Positions 9,378 through 23,182 of a DNA stretch of 64,000 nucleotides are shown piece after piece; position 1 is the stretch's first letter; each line of letters starts with the position of its first letter. The stretch is from Lachnospiraceae bacterium. GTDB taxonomy: Bacteria > Bacillota > Clostridia > Oscillospirales > CAG-272. Below the pieces are notes generated by a model. It was not told the DNA's origin. It searched no databases and saw only the letters and a list, made by a program, of their open reading frames with translations. The stretch covers positions 5,369 through 69,368 of the forward strand of contig JAKSPT010000013.1 of assembly GCA_024404495.1 (NCBI GenBank), in the 5' to 3' direction. The position numbers and the translations under genes are program-made.

Positions 9378-9417
9378 AAGAAGCCTGTTCGCATAAAACG
9401 CGAACAGGCTTCTTTTT
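9378..9417. terminator. Bidirectional terminator
   Basis: AAGAAGCCTGTTCGC-loop-GCGAACAGGCTTCTT followed by Ts. Confidence 0.85.
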
Positions 9418-9448
9418 CTATCCGAACAATGGAATACTCTACCTATCT

Positions 9449-10024
9449 TCAATCTATCCGAACAATCTCCGCGCCGAGGTATTCCGCTTCGGCGGGGTCG
9501 TGGGTGACGCAGAGGACGGTCTTTCCCGCGGTATGGCGGAGGACGTAGTCCATCACGTCCTTTTTCAGCGCCTCGTCAAGCCCCTTGAAGGGCTCGTCAA
9601 GGAGGACGCAGTCGGCGTCGAAGCAGATCGCCCTCGCGATCGCGACGCGGCGCTTCATCCCGCCGCTGAATTCCCCGACCTTCTTTTTCGGTTCGTCGGC
9701 AAGCGAAAGCTCGCGGAGGTGGGAGAGCAGCTCTTCCTTCGTTTTCGTCCTGCCGCAGACGAGACGGAGATTGCCGAGCGCCCCGAATTCCTCGCAGAGC
9801 CGATCCTCCTGAAAAACGAAGGCGATCTTTTCGGGAACGCCGCCGATCTCCCCCCCGTCCGGCTTCATCAGCCCGGCGATCAGGTTCAGAAGGGTCGTTT
9901 TTCCTCTTCCGGAGGCGCCCCCGATGACCGTGATCTTCCCGCCGGGAAAGGTATGGGAAAAGCGTTCGAGCACCCTTTTTTCCCCGAAGGATTTGGAAAC
10001 GCCGTTCAGTACGATATCGTTCAA
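9449..10024 (-). CDS. ABC transporter ATP-binding protein (NitT/TauT type)
   Basis: Walker A GASGRGKTT, FVFQEDRL, signature FSGGMKRR, LLDEPF, VTHD. TTG start overlaps the permease stop. Confidence 0.9.
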   Translation of the reverse strand: MNDIVLNGVSKSFGEKRVLERFSHTFPGGKITVIGGASGRGKTTLLNLIAGLMKPDGGEIGGVPEKIAFVFQEDRLCEEFGALGNLRLVCGRTKTKEELLSHLRELSLADEPKKKVGEFSGGMKRRVAIARAICFDADCVLLDEPFKGLDEALKKDVMDYVLRHTAGKTVLCVTHDPAEAEYLGAEIVRID

Positions 10025-10788
10025 AGCTTTTCCACCCCCCGGAAGAACAGTTTCAGAAGCAGCGCAAACAGTTTTTCGGAAAGAACGCTGACGAGAATGA
10101 TGACGACCGTCCACGCGAGCAGATCGGCGTTCTGAAAATAGACCTTCGCCTGATAAAGCATATCGCCGATCGAGCCGTCCACCATGCCGATGACCTCGGC
10201 GGCAACGCCCGCCTTCCACGCCATACCGACCGCGACCGAGGAGGCGGAGAGCAGATAGGGCTTGATCGCGGGGAGGTCGATATACAGCAGTCTCCTCGTC
10301 CACGGGACCCGGTAAAGGGCGGCAAGCTCCTTCTTTTTTTCGTCGGTGCTCTTCAGCCCCTGCAGGACGTTGGTATAGATCACCGGGAAGGCGATCAGGA
10401 ACGAGATCAGTACGGTCAGACCGCTGTGATCCATCCAGATCAGACAGAGGATAATAAAGGAAGCGATCGGGACGGTCTTTCCGGTGACGACCCACGGCCA
10501 AAGGATGGTTTCGATCGCGCCGGATTTTCCCGCCGCGAAGCCGAGGACGATCCCCATAAAAAAGGCGAGCAGGAACCCCGCCGTGATCCGGAGAAAGGAG
10601 AAAAGCACCGAGGAAAAGAACCCCGGCTCCCGAAAGAGCGAAGCAAGCCTCGCAAGTACCCTGACCGGCGAGGCAAGCAGCATATCGGACCCGACCGCCG
10701 CCGCGGCGATCTGCCAGACGGCGAGGGCAAGAAGGACGGAAAGCGTTTTCCGTACCTTCGTATTATTCAAAAAGGAGATAAAAGTCAT
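10021..10788 (-). CDS. ABC transporter permease (NitT/TauT, SsuC-like)
   Basis: Multiple TM helices; FPVIYTNVLQG, WKAGVAAEVIG. Confidence 0.9.
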   Translation of the reverse strand: MTFISFLNNTKVRKTLSVLLALAVWQIAAAAVGSDMLLASPVRVLARLASLFREPGFFSSVLFSFLRITAGFLLAFFMGIVLGFAAGKSGAIETILWPWVVTGKTVPIASFIILCLIWMDHSGLTVLISFLIAFPVIYTNVLQGLKSTDEKKKELAALYRVPWTRRLLYIDLPAIKPYLLSASSVAVGMAWKAGVAAEVIGMVDGSIGDMLYQAKVYFQNADLLAWTVVIILVSVLSEKLFALLLKLFFRGVEKL

Positions 10789-11743
10789 CGTCGGGCAGTT
10801 TTCCTCCCACGGATTTCGGTTCCTGACCGAAGAGAACCGAAAGATACCCCGAAACGGCGGTTTTCATTTCGTTTCCGGTCAGACAGACGATATTGCATTC
10901 CGGGATCGCCTTTTCCGCGATTGCGGCTTTGACGATACCGAATTTTTCGACGAGAAGCGACGCTTCCTTCGGGTTTTCGTTGACGTAATCCGCGGAGGCG
11001 GCGTATTCCTTCAAAAAGGTCTTCACCTCTTCGGAATGCTCTTCGGCAAAATCGCTCCGCACGATCAGGGTCGCCGTGACGAGACGGCTGCCGTTATCGA
11101 GCGCGTCCCACGCTTCCGTCAGATCGACCGCGACGCGGAGATCGGAAAGCTGATTTTTCGCGACCGTCACGAAGGGTTGGGGCAGCATCGCGACCGCGTG
11201 ATCGAGCGCCGCCATCTGCGCGACGACCTCGGTCGGCTCGCTCTTCCATTCGATCGTCACGTCCTTTTCGGGATCGAGCCCGCTCTGCGTCAGCAGATAC
11301 GAAAGCGCGTAGCCGGGGGTGGTTCCCTTTCCGGTCGCGTAGACGGTCTGTCCCTTCAGGTCGGCGACCGTCTTCACGGTCTCTCCGCCCTTTTCGACGA
11401 GACAGACGACGCCGAGCGTATTGACCGCGATGACGCGGATCGCGCCGTCGGAATTATGATAAAGAACGGAGGCGAGATTTGCCGGAACGGCGGCGATATC
11501 GAGCTCGCCCTTCAGCAGCTTCGGCGTCAGCTCGTCCGCGGCAACGGCAAGGGTATATTCGTATTCGTTTTCGGTCTTCTTCTGCTCCGCGTCGTCGAGG
11601 AGCTTTACCATCCCCATCGAGGTCGGGCCCTTGAGTCCGCCGAGGCGGACGGGAACGGCTTCGGCGGGCGTTTTCTTTCCGCATCCGGTGAAGACAGCGG
11701 CGGCAAGAAGAAGCGCCGCAAGGAGAGAAACGATTCTTTTCAT
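10763..11743 (-). CDS. ABC substrate-binding lipoprotein (SsuA/THI5-like)
   Basis: Lipobox VFTGC; LKGPTSMG, GELDIAAVPAN, MLPQPF. Confidence 0.88.
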   Translation of the reverse strand: MKRIVSLLAALLLAAAVFTGCGKKTPAEAVPVRLGGLKGPTSMGMVKLLDDAEQKKTENEYEYTLAVAADELTPKLLKGELDIAAVPANLASVLYHNSDGAIRVIAVNTLGVVCLVEKGGETVKTVADLKGQTVYATGKGTTPGYALSYLLTQSGLDPEKDVTIEWKSEPTEVVAQMAALDHAVAMLPQPFVTVAKNQLSDLRVAVDLTEAWDALDNGSRLVTATLIVRSDFAEEHSEEVKTFLKEYAASADYVNENPKEASLLVEKFGIVKAAIAEKAIPECNIVCLTGNEMKTAVSGYLSVLFGQEPKSVGGKLPDDDFYLLFE

Positions 11744-11773
11744 GAAAAATACCTTCTTTCTGCTTACTATGTA

Positions 11774-11821
11774 AGGATAGCAGAAAAAACGGCGAAAATC
11801 CGCTGCAAATGCAACGGATTT
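11774..11821 (-). promoter_or_regulatory. Putative Crp/Fnr class II activated promoter: palindrome plus extended -10
   Basis: Palindrome AAATCCGCTGCA-AA-TGCAACGGATTT (11796-11821) is centred at about -41.5 relative to the TGcTATCCT -10 (11774-11782). Confidence 0.6.
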
Positions 11822-12498
11822 CATCTTTTTTTCAGAAGAAAAGCATTTTTCCGATAGTCGATCAGTCCCTCACGCTTCATCGCGGAAAGCTCGCGGGAAA
11901 GCGCGGAACGGTCGGTGCCGATATACGCCGCCATATCCTCGCGGCTGAGGGGAACGGTAAAGGCAACGCCCTCCGGTCCGGAAGCAAGTCCGCGCGTCAG
12001 ACCGGAAAAATAAACGGTCAGTTTTTCCCGTATCGTCCGCTTGGAAAGAATCTGAATCCGTTCGTTCATTTTCAGCGTCCTTGCGGCAAGGACGGCGGCA
12101 AACCGCTTCTGCATTCCGGCGCCGATCCCGTCGGAACTGCCTGACCAAAGCGGCGCGGGCGACAGCCAAAGGACCCCCGCGTCCGACGCGGCGGTGACGT
12201 AAACCGGAGGCTCGGGGACCGAGAGGAAGCAGAGCGCCTCACCGAAGGTATTCCCCGCGCCGACCTCCGCCATGATCAGGCGGTTTCCGTTCACGTCGTC
12301 CGTACAGGCGTGTACGGAACCGTACAGTACGAGACCGAAGGCGGAAAACGGCGTACCGGGCGCGTGAAGGAAATCGCCCTTCCGATAGGAAGAGACCCTT
12401 CCCTCCATCCGTCCGACGGCTTCGTCGGTCTCCTTCCGGTCAAGCCCCGCAAAAAGCGGGCTCGCGGACAGAACGGCGTAATATTCTTTTTCCGTCAT
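11821..12498 (-). CDS. Crp/Fnr family transcriptional regulator
   Basis: cNMP-type domain (GNTFGEA) and C-terminal HTH SREDMAAYIGTDRSALSRELSAMKREGLI. Confidence 0.93.
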   Translation of the reverse strand: MTEKEYYAVLSASPLFAGLDRKETDEAVGRMEGRVSSYRKGDFLHAPGTPFSAFGLVLYGSVHACTDDVNGNRLIMAEVGAGNTFGEALCFLSVPEPPVYVTAASDAGVLWLSPAPLWSGSSDGIGAGMQKRFAAVLAARTLKMNERIQILSKRTIREKLTVYFSGLTRGLASGPEGVAFTVPLSREDMAAYIGTDRSALSRELSAMKREGLIDYRKNAFLLKKR

Positions 12499-12866
12499 CA
12501 GACCTCACCGTCCGCGCCGTCTTCTTCGGGCACCTCGGGTTCTTCTTCGTCTTCGGGCTTTACGGGGATCGCCGTTTTCAGTATCATTCCCTTCCACGTC
12601 AGATCGTATTCCCTGCCCTCATGGAAGGATCCGCTGAGCTGCTCGGAGGTCTTCAGGTCGATCTCGCTGCCGTCGGAAAGGCGGAAGGTCGCAAACCACA
12701 CCGTCGTGCGGTCAAGGCTCGAAAGGGACGCCATTTTCAGGATCTGATCCCTTCTGCCGAGAAAGGTGCCCCGTCCCTTTTCGGTTTTGCGGAGCAGTCT
12801 CCCCGCGATCCCGACGACGATCACGGCGAGGAAAATATACAGACAGACCAAGAAAAACGTTTTCAT
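12498..12866 (-). CDS. Hypothetical membrane protein (possibly DUF2500-like)
   Basis: N-terminal TM helix, small beta domain and acidic tail. GAGG RBS; stop overlaps the Crp start. Confidence 0.7.
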   Translation of the reverse strand: MKTFFLVCLYIFLAVIVVGIAGRLLRKTEKGRGTFLGRRDQILKMASLSSLDRTTVWFATFRLSDGSEIDLKTSEQLSGSFHEGREYDLTWKGMILKTAIPVKPEDEEEPEVPEEDGADGEV

Positions 12867-12928
12867 ATACCGGGTTCCTCCGTTTTCAAAAAAGGGGCTG
12901 CCGTGCCGGCAGCCCGAAAAAGATGTGA

Positions 12929-13558
12929 TTACTTGGTGCCGAAGAGACGGTCGCCGGCGTCGCCGAGACCGGGGAGGATATAAGCGCGCTCGTTGAGGCG
13001 CTCATCCAGAGCCGCGACGAAGATCGGCACATCGGGATGCTCGTTCTCGACCTTGGCAACGCCCTCGGGTGCGGCAACGAGGCACATCAGACGGATATCC
13101 TTCACGCCCTTGTCCTTCAGCATACGGATGGCGTCGCAGGAGGAGCCGCCGGTCGCGAGCATCGGGTCGCAGAGGATGATGGTTCTCTTTTCGATATCAA
13201 AGGGAAGCTTGCAGTAGTAAACGACGGGATTGTGGGTTTCGGGATCACGGTAAAGACCGATGTGACCGACCTTGGCGACCGGGATCAGGCTGAGAAGCCC
13301 GTCCACCATACCGAGACCGGCACGGAGGATCGGAACGATCGCGACCTTTTTGCCGGCGATCTTCTTTGCGGTCATCTTCGCCATCGGGGTCTCGATCTCG
13401 ACGTCGTCGAGCGGGAAGTCACGGGTGACCTCGTAGCCCATCAGGACGGTGATCTCCTCCAGAAGCTGACGGAAGTCCTTGGGACCGGTCCGCTTGTCGC
13501 GCATAATGGTAAGCTTGTGCTGGATCATAGGATGATTGATGATATGAAGATTGCTCAT
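12929..13558 (-). CDS. upp: Uracil phosphoribosyltransferase
   Basis: [41 protein letters not shown]. Confidence 0.99.
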   Translation of the reverse strand: MSNLHIINHPMIQHKLTIMRDKRTGPKDFRQLLEEITVLMGYEVTRDFPLDDVEIETPMAKMTAKKIAGKKVAIVPILRAGLGMVDGLLSLIPVAKVGHIGLYRDPETHNPVVYYCKLPFDIEKRTIILCDPMLATGGSSCDAIRMLKDKGVKDIRLMCLVAAPEGVAKVENEHPDVPIFVAALDERLNERAYILPGLGDAGDRLFGTK

Positions 13559-13612
13559 AGGATCCGTTTCCTTTCAATACGCTGTCAGCGATTTTCATAA
13601 TATTACGGATAT

Positions 13613-13641
13613 ATTATACACCCATCCCGCCCGAAGGTCAA
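13613..13641 (-). promoter_or_regulatory. Sigma-A promoter of upp
   Basis: TTGACC-17-TATAAT. Confidence 0.75.
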
Positions 13642-13743
13642 CCTTTTTTTCGGTTTTTCCCCTTCCTTTTTTCATTTTTCTCGGGAATCGTGTTATTTTT
13701 GCTCTTTTCTCGTGAACGAATCGTTAAAACGAACGGAAACCGC

Positions 13744-13772
13744 TTGCATTTTTCCGTGCTTTGCATTATAAT
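13744..13772 (+). promoter_or_regulatory. Sigma-A promoter of the M23 gene
   Basis: TTGCAT-17-TATAAT. Confidence 0.7.
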
Positions 13773-13806
13773 GACCATAACTATAAAATGGAAAGGAAGT
13801 GTCCGT

Positions 13807-15252
13807 ACGGAAAAGAACGAAGAACCGACCCGATTTCACGCCTGCCGTGAAACCGGCAGGCATCCGGACCTCTCCCTGATCATGACGGCGATGGCGTTCG
13901 TCATCCTCCTCTGCGCCGTGATCTCCGTGATCTCCGCCGCGGGCACGGATATCTATACGGGCGTTCTCCTCAACGGCGAACAGCTCGGCGTCGTGGAAAG
14001 ACCCGCCGTCATGGAAGACGCGGTCAGCCGCGTTCTCAAGTCCCTTTCGGACAAGGACACCGACGCGGTCGATTTCCGGATCTCCTACTCCTTCCGCAGC
14101 GCAAAGGAATCCTCTCTGCTTGACAGCGACGACTGCTACGCGCTTCTGAACAGCTATCTCTCCGCAAACTTCACCGAGGCGTGTGCTCTTTCGATCGGCG
14201 GCGAAAGGATCGCCAATCTTTCGGACGAGTACACCGCGCGCACGCTGGTCTCCCGCCTGCGCCGGGAATACGGTTCCCTGCTCTCCGAAGGAACGGACTT
14301 CACCCTTCTCGCAAATTCCGGTTATGAAAGCGTTTACTGTCCGAAGCAGAGCGTTTCCGATACCGAACGCGTTTACGAAACGCTGATGGCGCGCTGCCGT
14401 GCCTCCCTCGGCATAGCCGATGAAGACACGACCGACCTGATCGAAGTGAACGACGGCGCGAAACGCGCGTCGTATTCCTCCGAACGCATTTATTATTACG
14501 GTTCCTCCTTCGGCGGAGACGTACTGAAAAACGCTTCCCATCTGAACGAAAGTTCCGATGAGGTCGAGCGGATGTTCAGCAAGGTCCCGGAGGAATGCAC
14601 CGAGACCGTGACCGAAACCGCGACCGAGCTGATCCCCTACCCCACCGAAACGATCGAAACGAGCGACTATTACGTCGGCGTCACCGTGATCGGTACCGAG
14701 GGCGCGGCGGGGATCGCCGAAATCACCTACGAGGTCACGACGGTTTCCGGAAAAGAAGTTTCCCGTACCGAAACCGGAAGAACGGTTCTTTCCGAACCGG
14801 TCCCCTGCGTACAGTACGTCGGAACGAGACCCTATCCCTCCTCCACTCCGTCCGGATACTGGATTTACCCGCTCGCAAGCTATAACTACATATCCTCCGA
14901 ATTCGGATGGCGCGAAGACCCCTTCACCGGGGAATGGCGCTACCACAGCGGTATGGACTTTGCCGCGTACGCGTGGACCCCGATCTACGCGGTCGACGGC
15001 GGCACCGTTATCAGCGCGGGTTGGGATTCCTCCTACGGGATCAACTGCGTGATCGACCACGGCTTCGGTCTCACCGTCCGCTACGCGCACATGGTCGCGC
15101 TCGGCGACGGCGTTTACGCGGGTGCCAAGGTCTATCAGGGGATGCAGGTCGGCAGCGTCGGCATGACCGGACGCGCGACCGGCTACCACCTCCACTTTGA
15201 GGTCCAGCTCTGGGGCACGGTCACAAATCCCCTTGATTATCTTCCCAAATAA
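13807..15252 (+). CDS. Membrane-anchored G5 + M23 peptidoglycan endopeptidase (start codon uncertain)
   Basis: TM helix, G5-like segment (EGAAGIAEITYEV...EPVPCVQYVGT) and M23 motifs HSGMD, YAHM, TGYHLHFEV. Confidence 0.88.
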   Translation, partial: TEKNEEPTRFHACRETGRHPDLSLIMTAMAFVILLCAVISVISAAGTDIYTGVLLNGEQLGVVERPAVMEDAVSRVLKSLSDKDTDAVDFRISYSFRSAKESSLLDSDDCYALLNSYLSANFTEACALSIGGERIANLSDEYTARTLVSRLRREYGSLLSEGTDFTLLANSGYESVYCPKQSVSDTERVYETLMARCRASLGIADEDTTDLIEVNDGAKRASYSSERIYYYGSSFGGDVLKNASHLNESSDEVERMFSKVPEECTETVTETATELIPYPTETIETSDYYVGVTVIGTEGAAGIAEITYEVTTVSGKEVSRTETGRTVLSEPVPCVQYVGTRPYPSSTPSGYWIYPLASYNYISSEFGWREDPFTGEWRYHSGMDFAAYAWTPIYAVDGGTVISAGWDSSYGINCVIDHGFGLTVRYAHMVALGDGVYAGAKVYQGMQVGSVGMTGRATGYHLHFEVQLWGTVTNPLDYLPK

Positions 15253-15350
15253 GACCAAAACGCTTCCGGCGAATGCCACGGGTTGGTAAGGATGTTTTTG
15301 GGTTTTCAAATATGCGGGATATTGACAAATCAGAATTTATGGAGAAAACT

Positions 15351-15575
15351 ATGGAACAAAACAACACACCAAAAGAAACCACAAAAATGCAATGGTGGGA
15401 AATTTTATTTGCAATTCTTCTACCAATTCCTTGCTTGATCTATTCTGTAATTGTTTATAGAAAAAGACTTTATGCGAAAAAATTGTTATTGCTGTCAATT
15501 GTCATATTTATTGTTGAAAGTGTAATCGCGGTTTTTATACCAGCTATTATGATATGGTTATTGGGACCGATATGA
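15351..15575 (+). CDS. Small two-TM membrane protein (74 aa), AT-rich cassette cargo
   Basis: GGAG RBS at 15341; two hydrophobic helices separated by YRKRLYAKK. Confidence 0.7.
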   Translation: MEQNNTPKETTKMQWWEILFAILLPIPCLIYSVIVYRKRLYAKKLLLLSIVIFIVESVIAVFIPAIMIWLLGPI

Positions 15576-15614
15576 TATCCCGACAGATTCCTGTTTGTCG
15601 AGCTAAAAGAAACA

Positions 15615-15647
15615 ACCCGCTGAAAAAGAAAATCTTTTTCAGCGGGT
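15615..15647. terminator. Hairpin/terminator inside the cassette
   Basis: Perfect 15-bp stem ACCCGCTGAAAAAGA-aaa-TCTTTTTCAGCGGGT. Confidence 0.7.
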
Positions 15648-15757
15648 ATCTTTGTCTCATATCATAGCGAGCATCGGATTTTGCCGTACAAAATCCAAAG
15701 TTCAAAAAACTACCTTATCAACCCGTAGGGAACGCCGGAAGCGTTTTTTTATGTGAT

Positions 15758-17869
15758 TCAGGCTTCTCCGCGGATCGCGAGGAGCCAGTAGGCGGCGTGG
15801 GAAGCAAAGCCGTGGTTGCAGCTCGCGTAGTCGCCGTCGTTTTCCCAAAGCGTCCCGGTGCGCTCTGCCATATAGAGGAAATAGCCCTTCGTTTCGGCAA
15901 GAAGCTGACCGTCAAGCCCGTGAGTGTGGAGCAGCTCGAGGCGGAGATAGTTGCCGATGAAGGCGTTTGCCGGGTAGATCTCCGGATAAAGCCCTTTTTC
16001 TTTTCTGTCCGGTCCGAAGGCGGTGACAAGGGTGTTCCAGAGCTCCGGATGCGTCTTTTCGGAAGCGACCCCGAAGAAGAACATATAGTACTGGCAGACC
16101 TCGGTACGCATCCCCGAAAGAAGGAGCGTTCCGTCGGGCTGACGGGTGGAATTGTCGCAGAAGAAGCCGTTGACAAGGGTGTTTTCGCGGATGTATTTTC
16201 TGATCTTTTCCGCCTTTTCGGCGTAAGCCTTCACGCCGTAGAGGGAATCGACCGCGTCGAGCATCCCGGCGTAGAGGGCGTTTGACGGGTAGTTCACGTC
16301 CTGCACGAGGTTGTTCGCCATCGACCATTCGACGAAGACCCACGCGGGCAGACGCTCAAGCAGACCGTCGCCGTTTTCGTACTGCTCAAAGAAGCGGCAG
16401 AGGGCGAGGACCTTTTCCTTCGCGCGGTCGATCAGGTCTCTGTCGCCCGTGCGCTTTTCGTATTCGGCAAGCTCGAGGACGTACCACATCGCCCAGTTCG
16501 GGATGTAGTTGCCGTTCGGATGATCGGAGGGCCAGCACATCGGCAGCATCCCCTCGGGAAGCCCCGGGAAGGAATCGGCAAGGATGAAGTTGTCGAGGAA
16601 CGCCCTTTCGACCCGGCTCTTTCCGGTCAGCGCGTACTCGGTGCGGGAGGTGAAGAAGCTGTCGCAGAGCCATCCGGCGCGCTCGCGGGAGGGACAGTCC
16701 ATATAGATATCGTAGGTGTTCTGACGGAAGGTCTCGACGGCGGCGGCGTAGATCTTCTGCTCGTCGGGATCGGGAGAGGCAAGCTTTTTCGTGATCTCCG
16801 GGAACCCGACGCGGTCAAGTCCGGGAGCCTTCACGGTGATCTCACCGTCGGTCACGAGCATCAGATATCGGAAGGAATACGCCTGCGTCGTGCGGAAACG
16901 GTAGGTCCCCTTCTTCATGACCGCGGAAGCGACCTCCGCGCTGTCGAGGCGGAGCGGTTGGATCATCCCGCCGCGCAGGATCTCGTCGAAGGAGAAGATC
17001 ACCTTCGCGTCCTCTTTGGCTTCGATCTCCATCGTGATCATTCCGGTCAGCTCCTGCCCCATATCGAGGAGGACGAAGGAGTTCTTTTTCATACCGAACG
17101 ACCGGGGATCGGTGAAGGACGGCGTTTCGTCGGGCGTAAGACGGTTTGCAAGGAGGTCGAGAACCGGATTTTCCTCCATCTCGTCGAGCGTGAAGCAGCG
17201 GAAGACGGGATCCGGGTTATATTCCCGTTTCGGCGGCATCGCGGGGCGCTCTCCCACGACGGCGGAACCGGTGCGGACCACGCCGACGGCGGTCTTTTTT
17301 TCAAATACGGGGTAGCAGATACCCCTCGGGATCAGCGTTTTTTCGGGGAGGATCTCCAAAGGAAGCCGTTCAAACGGCGTCGACGCGGGATCGGAATAGA
17401 AGCGCTCGGTTTCGGGCGTCATGTGAAAGCTCTCGACGAAGGTGCGCTGAAAGGAATAGCGCGGCGTTTTGCGGACGTGGTCGGGCTGCGTCACGGCGAA
17501 GAAATCGTCACCGCGTCCGGTCGCAGCGAGAACGGTATCGCCCGAGCGGACCTCCGCCTGCAGAAAACCGGGCTGGTCAAGCGTGGAATAGCTGTTCGCG
17601 CGCGGGGTGATCAGACGGATCACGACCGCGTTCTTTTCTTCGGTCAGCAGGTTTCCGACCGGAAGAACGTCCACGCGAAATTTGCCCGGGCAGGTACGCG
17701 CGGGACCGTGATGCAGGAAGCTGCCGTTGATACAGATCAGATATTCGGAGGCGCCCGTAACGGTCAGGGTCGCTTCCTTTGCCTGCGGGACGCTCGCCGC
17801 GAAGGCGACGCCGTTATTCATCAGGTCGGAAATGCCGACGGGATAGACCGGTTTTGCTTTGAGAAACAT
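15758..17869 (-). CDS. Alpha-L-rhamnosidase-like glycoside hydrolase (GH78)
   Basis: DMGQELTG, MDCPSRERAGWLCDS, FVEWS, TGTLWE, SCNHGF. Confidence 0.88.
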   Translation of the reverse strand: MFLKAKPVYPVGISDLMNNGVAFAASVPQAKEATLTVTGASEYLICINGSFLHHGPARTCPGKFRVDVLPVGNLLTEEKNAVVIRLITPRANSYSTLDQPGFLQAEVRSGDTVLAATGRGDDFFAVTQPDHVRKTPRYSFQRTFVESFHMTPETERFYSDPASTPFERLPLEILPEKTLIPRGICYPVFEKKTAVGVVRTGSAVVGERPAMPPKREYNPDPVFRCFTLDEMEENPVLDLLANRLTPDETPSFTDPRSFGMKKNSFVLLDMGQELTGMITMEIEAKEDAKVIFSFDEILRGGMIQPLRLDSAEVASAVMKKGTYRFRTTQAYSFRYLMLVTDGEITVKAPGLDRVGFPEITKKLASPDPDEQKIYAAAVETFRQNTYDIYMDCPSRERAGWLCDSFFTSRTEYALTGKSRVERAFLDNFILADSFPGLPEGMLPMCWPSDHPNGNYIPNWAMWYVLELAEYEKRTGDRDLIDRAKEKVLALCRFFEQYENGDGLLERLPAWVFVEWSMANNLVQDVNYPSNALYAGMLDAVDSLYGVKAYAEKAEKIRKYIRENTLVNGFFCDNSTRQPDGTLLLSGMRTEVCQYYMFFFGVASEKTHPELWNTLVTAFGPDRKEKGLYPEIYPANAFIGNYLRLELLHTHGLDGQLLAETKGYFLYMAERTGTLWENDGDYASCNHGFASHAAYWLLAIRGEA

Positions 17870-17900
17870 CGTGATTCTCCTTTACGGTTGGTTTGGGTCC

Positions 17901-17929
17901 ATTGTACCATAGCCGCCGGTCAAAGTCAA
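17901..17929 (-). promoter_or_regulatory. Sigma-A promoter of the GH78 gene
   Basis: TTGACT-17-TACAAT with extended TG. Confidence 0.7.
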
Positions 17930-18195
17930 TAGAAGCGGACGGTCAGCCGCCGAAAAAAGCGGCGCACCCCGCGTACGGACGGCAAACGGGGAGAAAAGGA
18001 AAGGAGCGGTCGGAAGCGCGCGGTCCCGCGCCCCGTCCTTTTTCTTTCCGGTCTGCGCGCGTTCCGGCTCCCCCGTTCGCGGGACGGTATCCTTTGGGCG
18101 AATCTTTCCAATAAAATCGCGGGTTTCTCTTGACTTTTTGGACAGTTTATGCGAAAATAGAGAAGGAAAAAGTTTTCTTATCGGAGGAAATCAAA

Positions 18196-23158
<4,963 letters not shown>

Positions 23159-23182
23159 CCTCAAAAAAGGGAGGATACGCTT

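Larger units (their letters stand above)
15257..15747. mobile_element. Putative non-autonomous one-gene cassette bounded by ~45-bp imperfect inverted repeats
   Basis: Left end AAAACGCTTCCGGCG-N6-ACGGGTTGGTAAGG..GTTTTT. Right end (reverse complement) AAAACGCTTCCGGCG-N6-ACGGGTTGATAAGG..GTTTTT. Interior is AT-rich. Confidence 0.6.

Noticed and set aside
9449-10501. 350-aa version of the ABC ATPase
   Set aside because: The N-terminal 159 aa overlap the permease in another frame. The real start is probably TTG at 10024.
13788-13850. 20-codon out-of-frame ORF (MERKCPYG...) upstream of the M23 gene as a leader peptide or frameshift
   Set aside because: It has no RBS and no attenuator structure. 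The in-frame ACG behind a strong RBS explains the region better.
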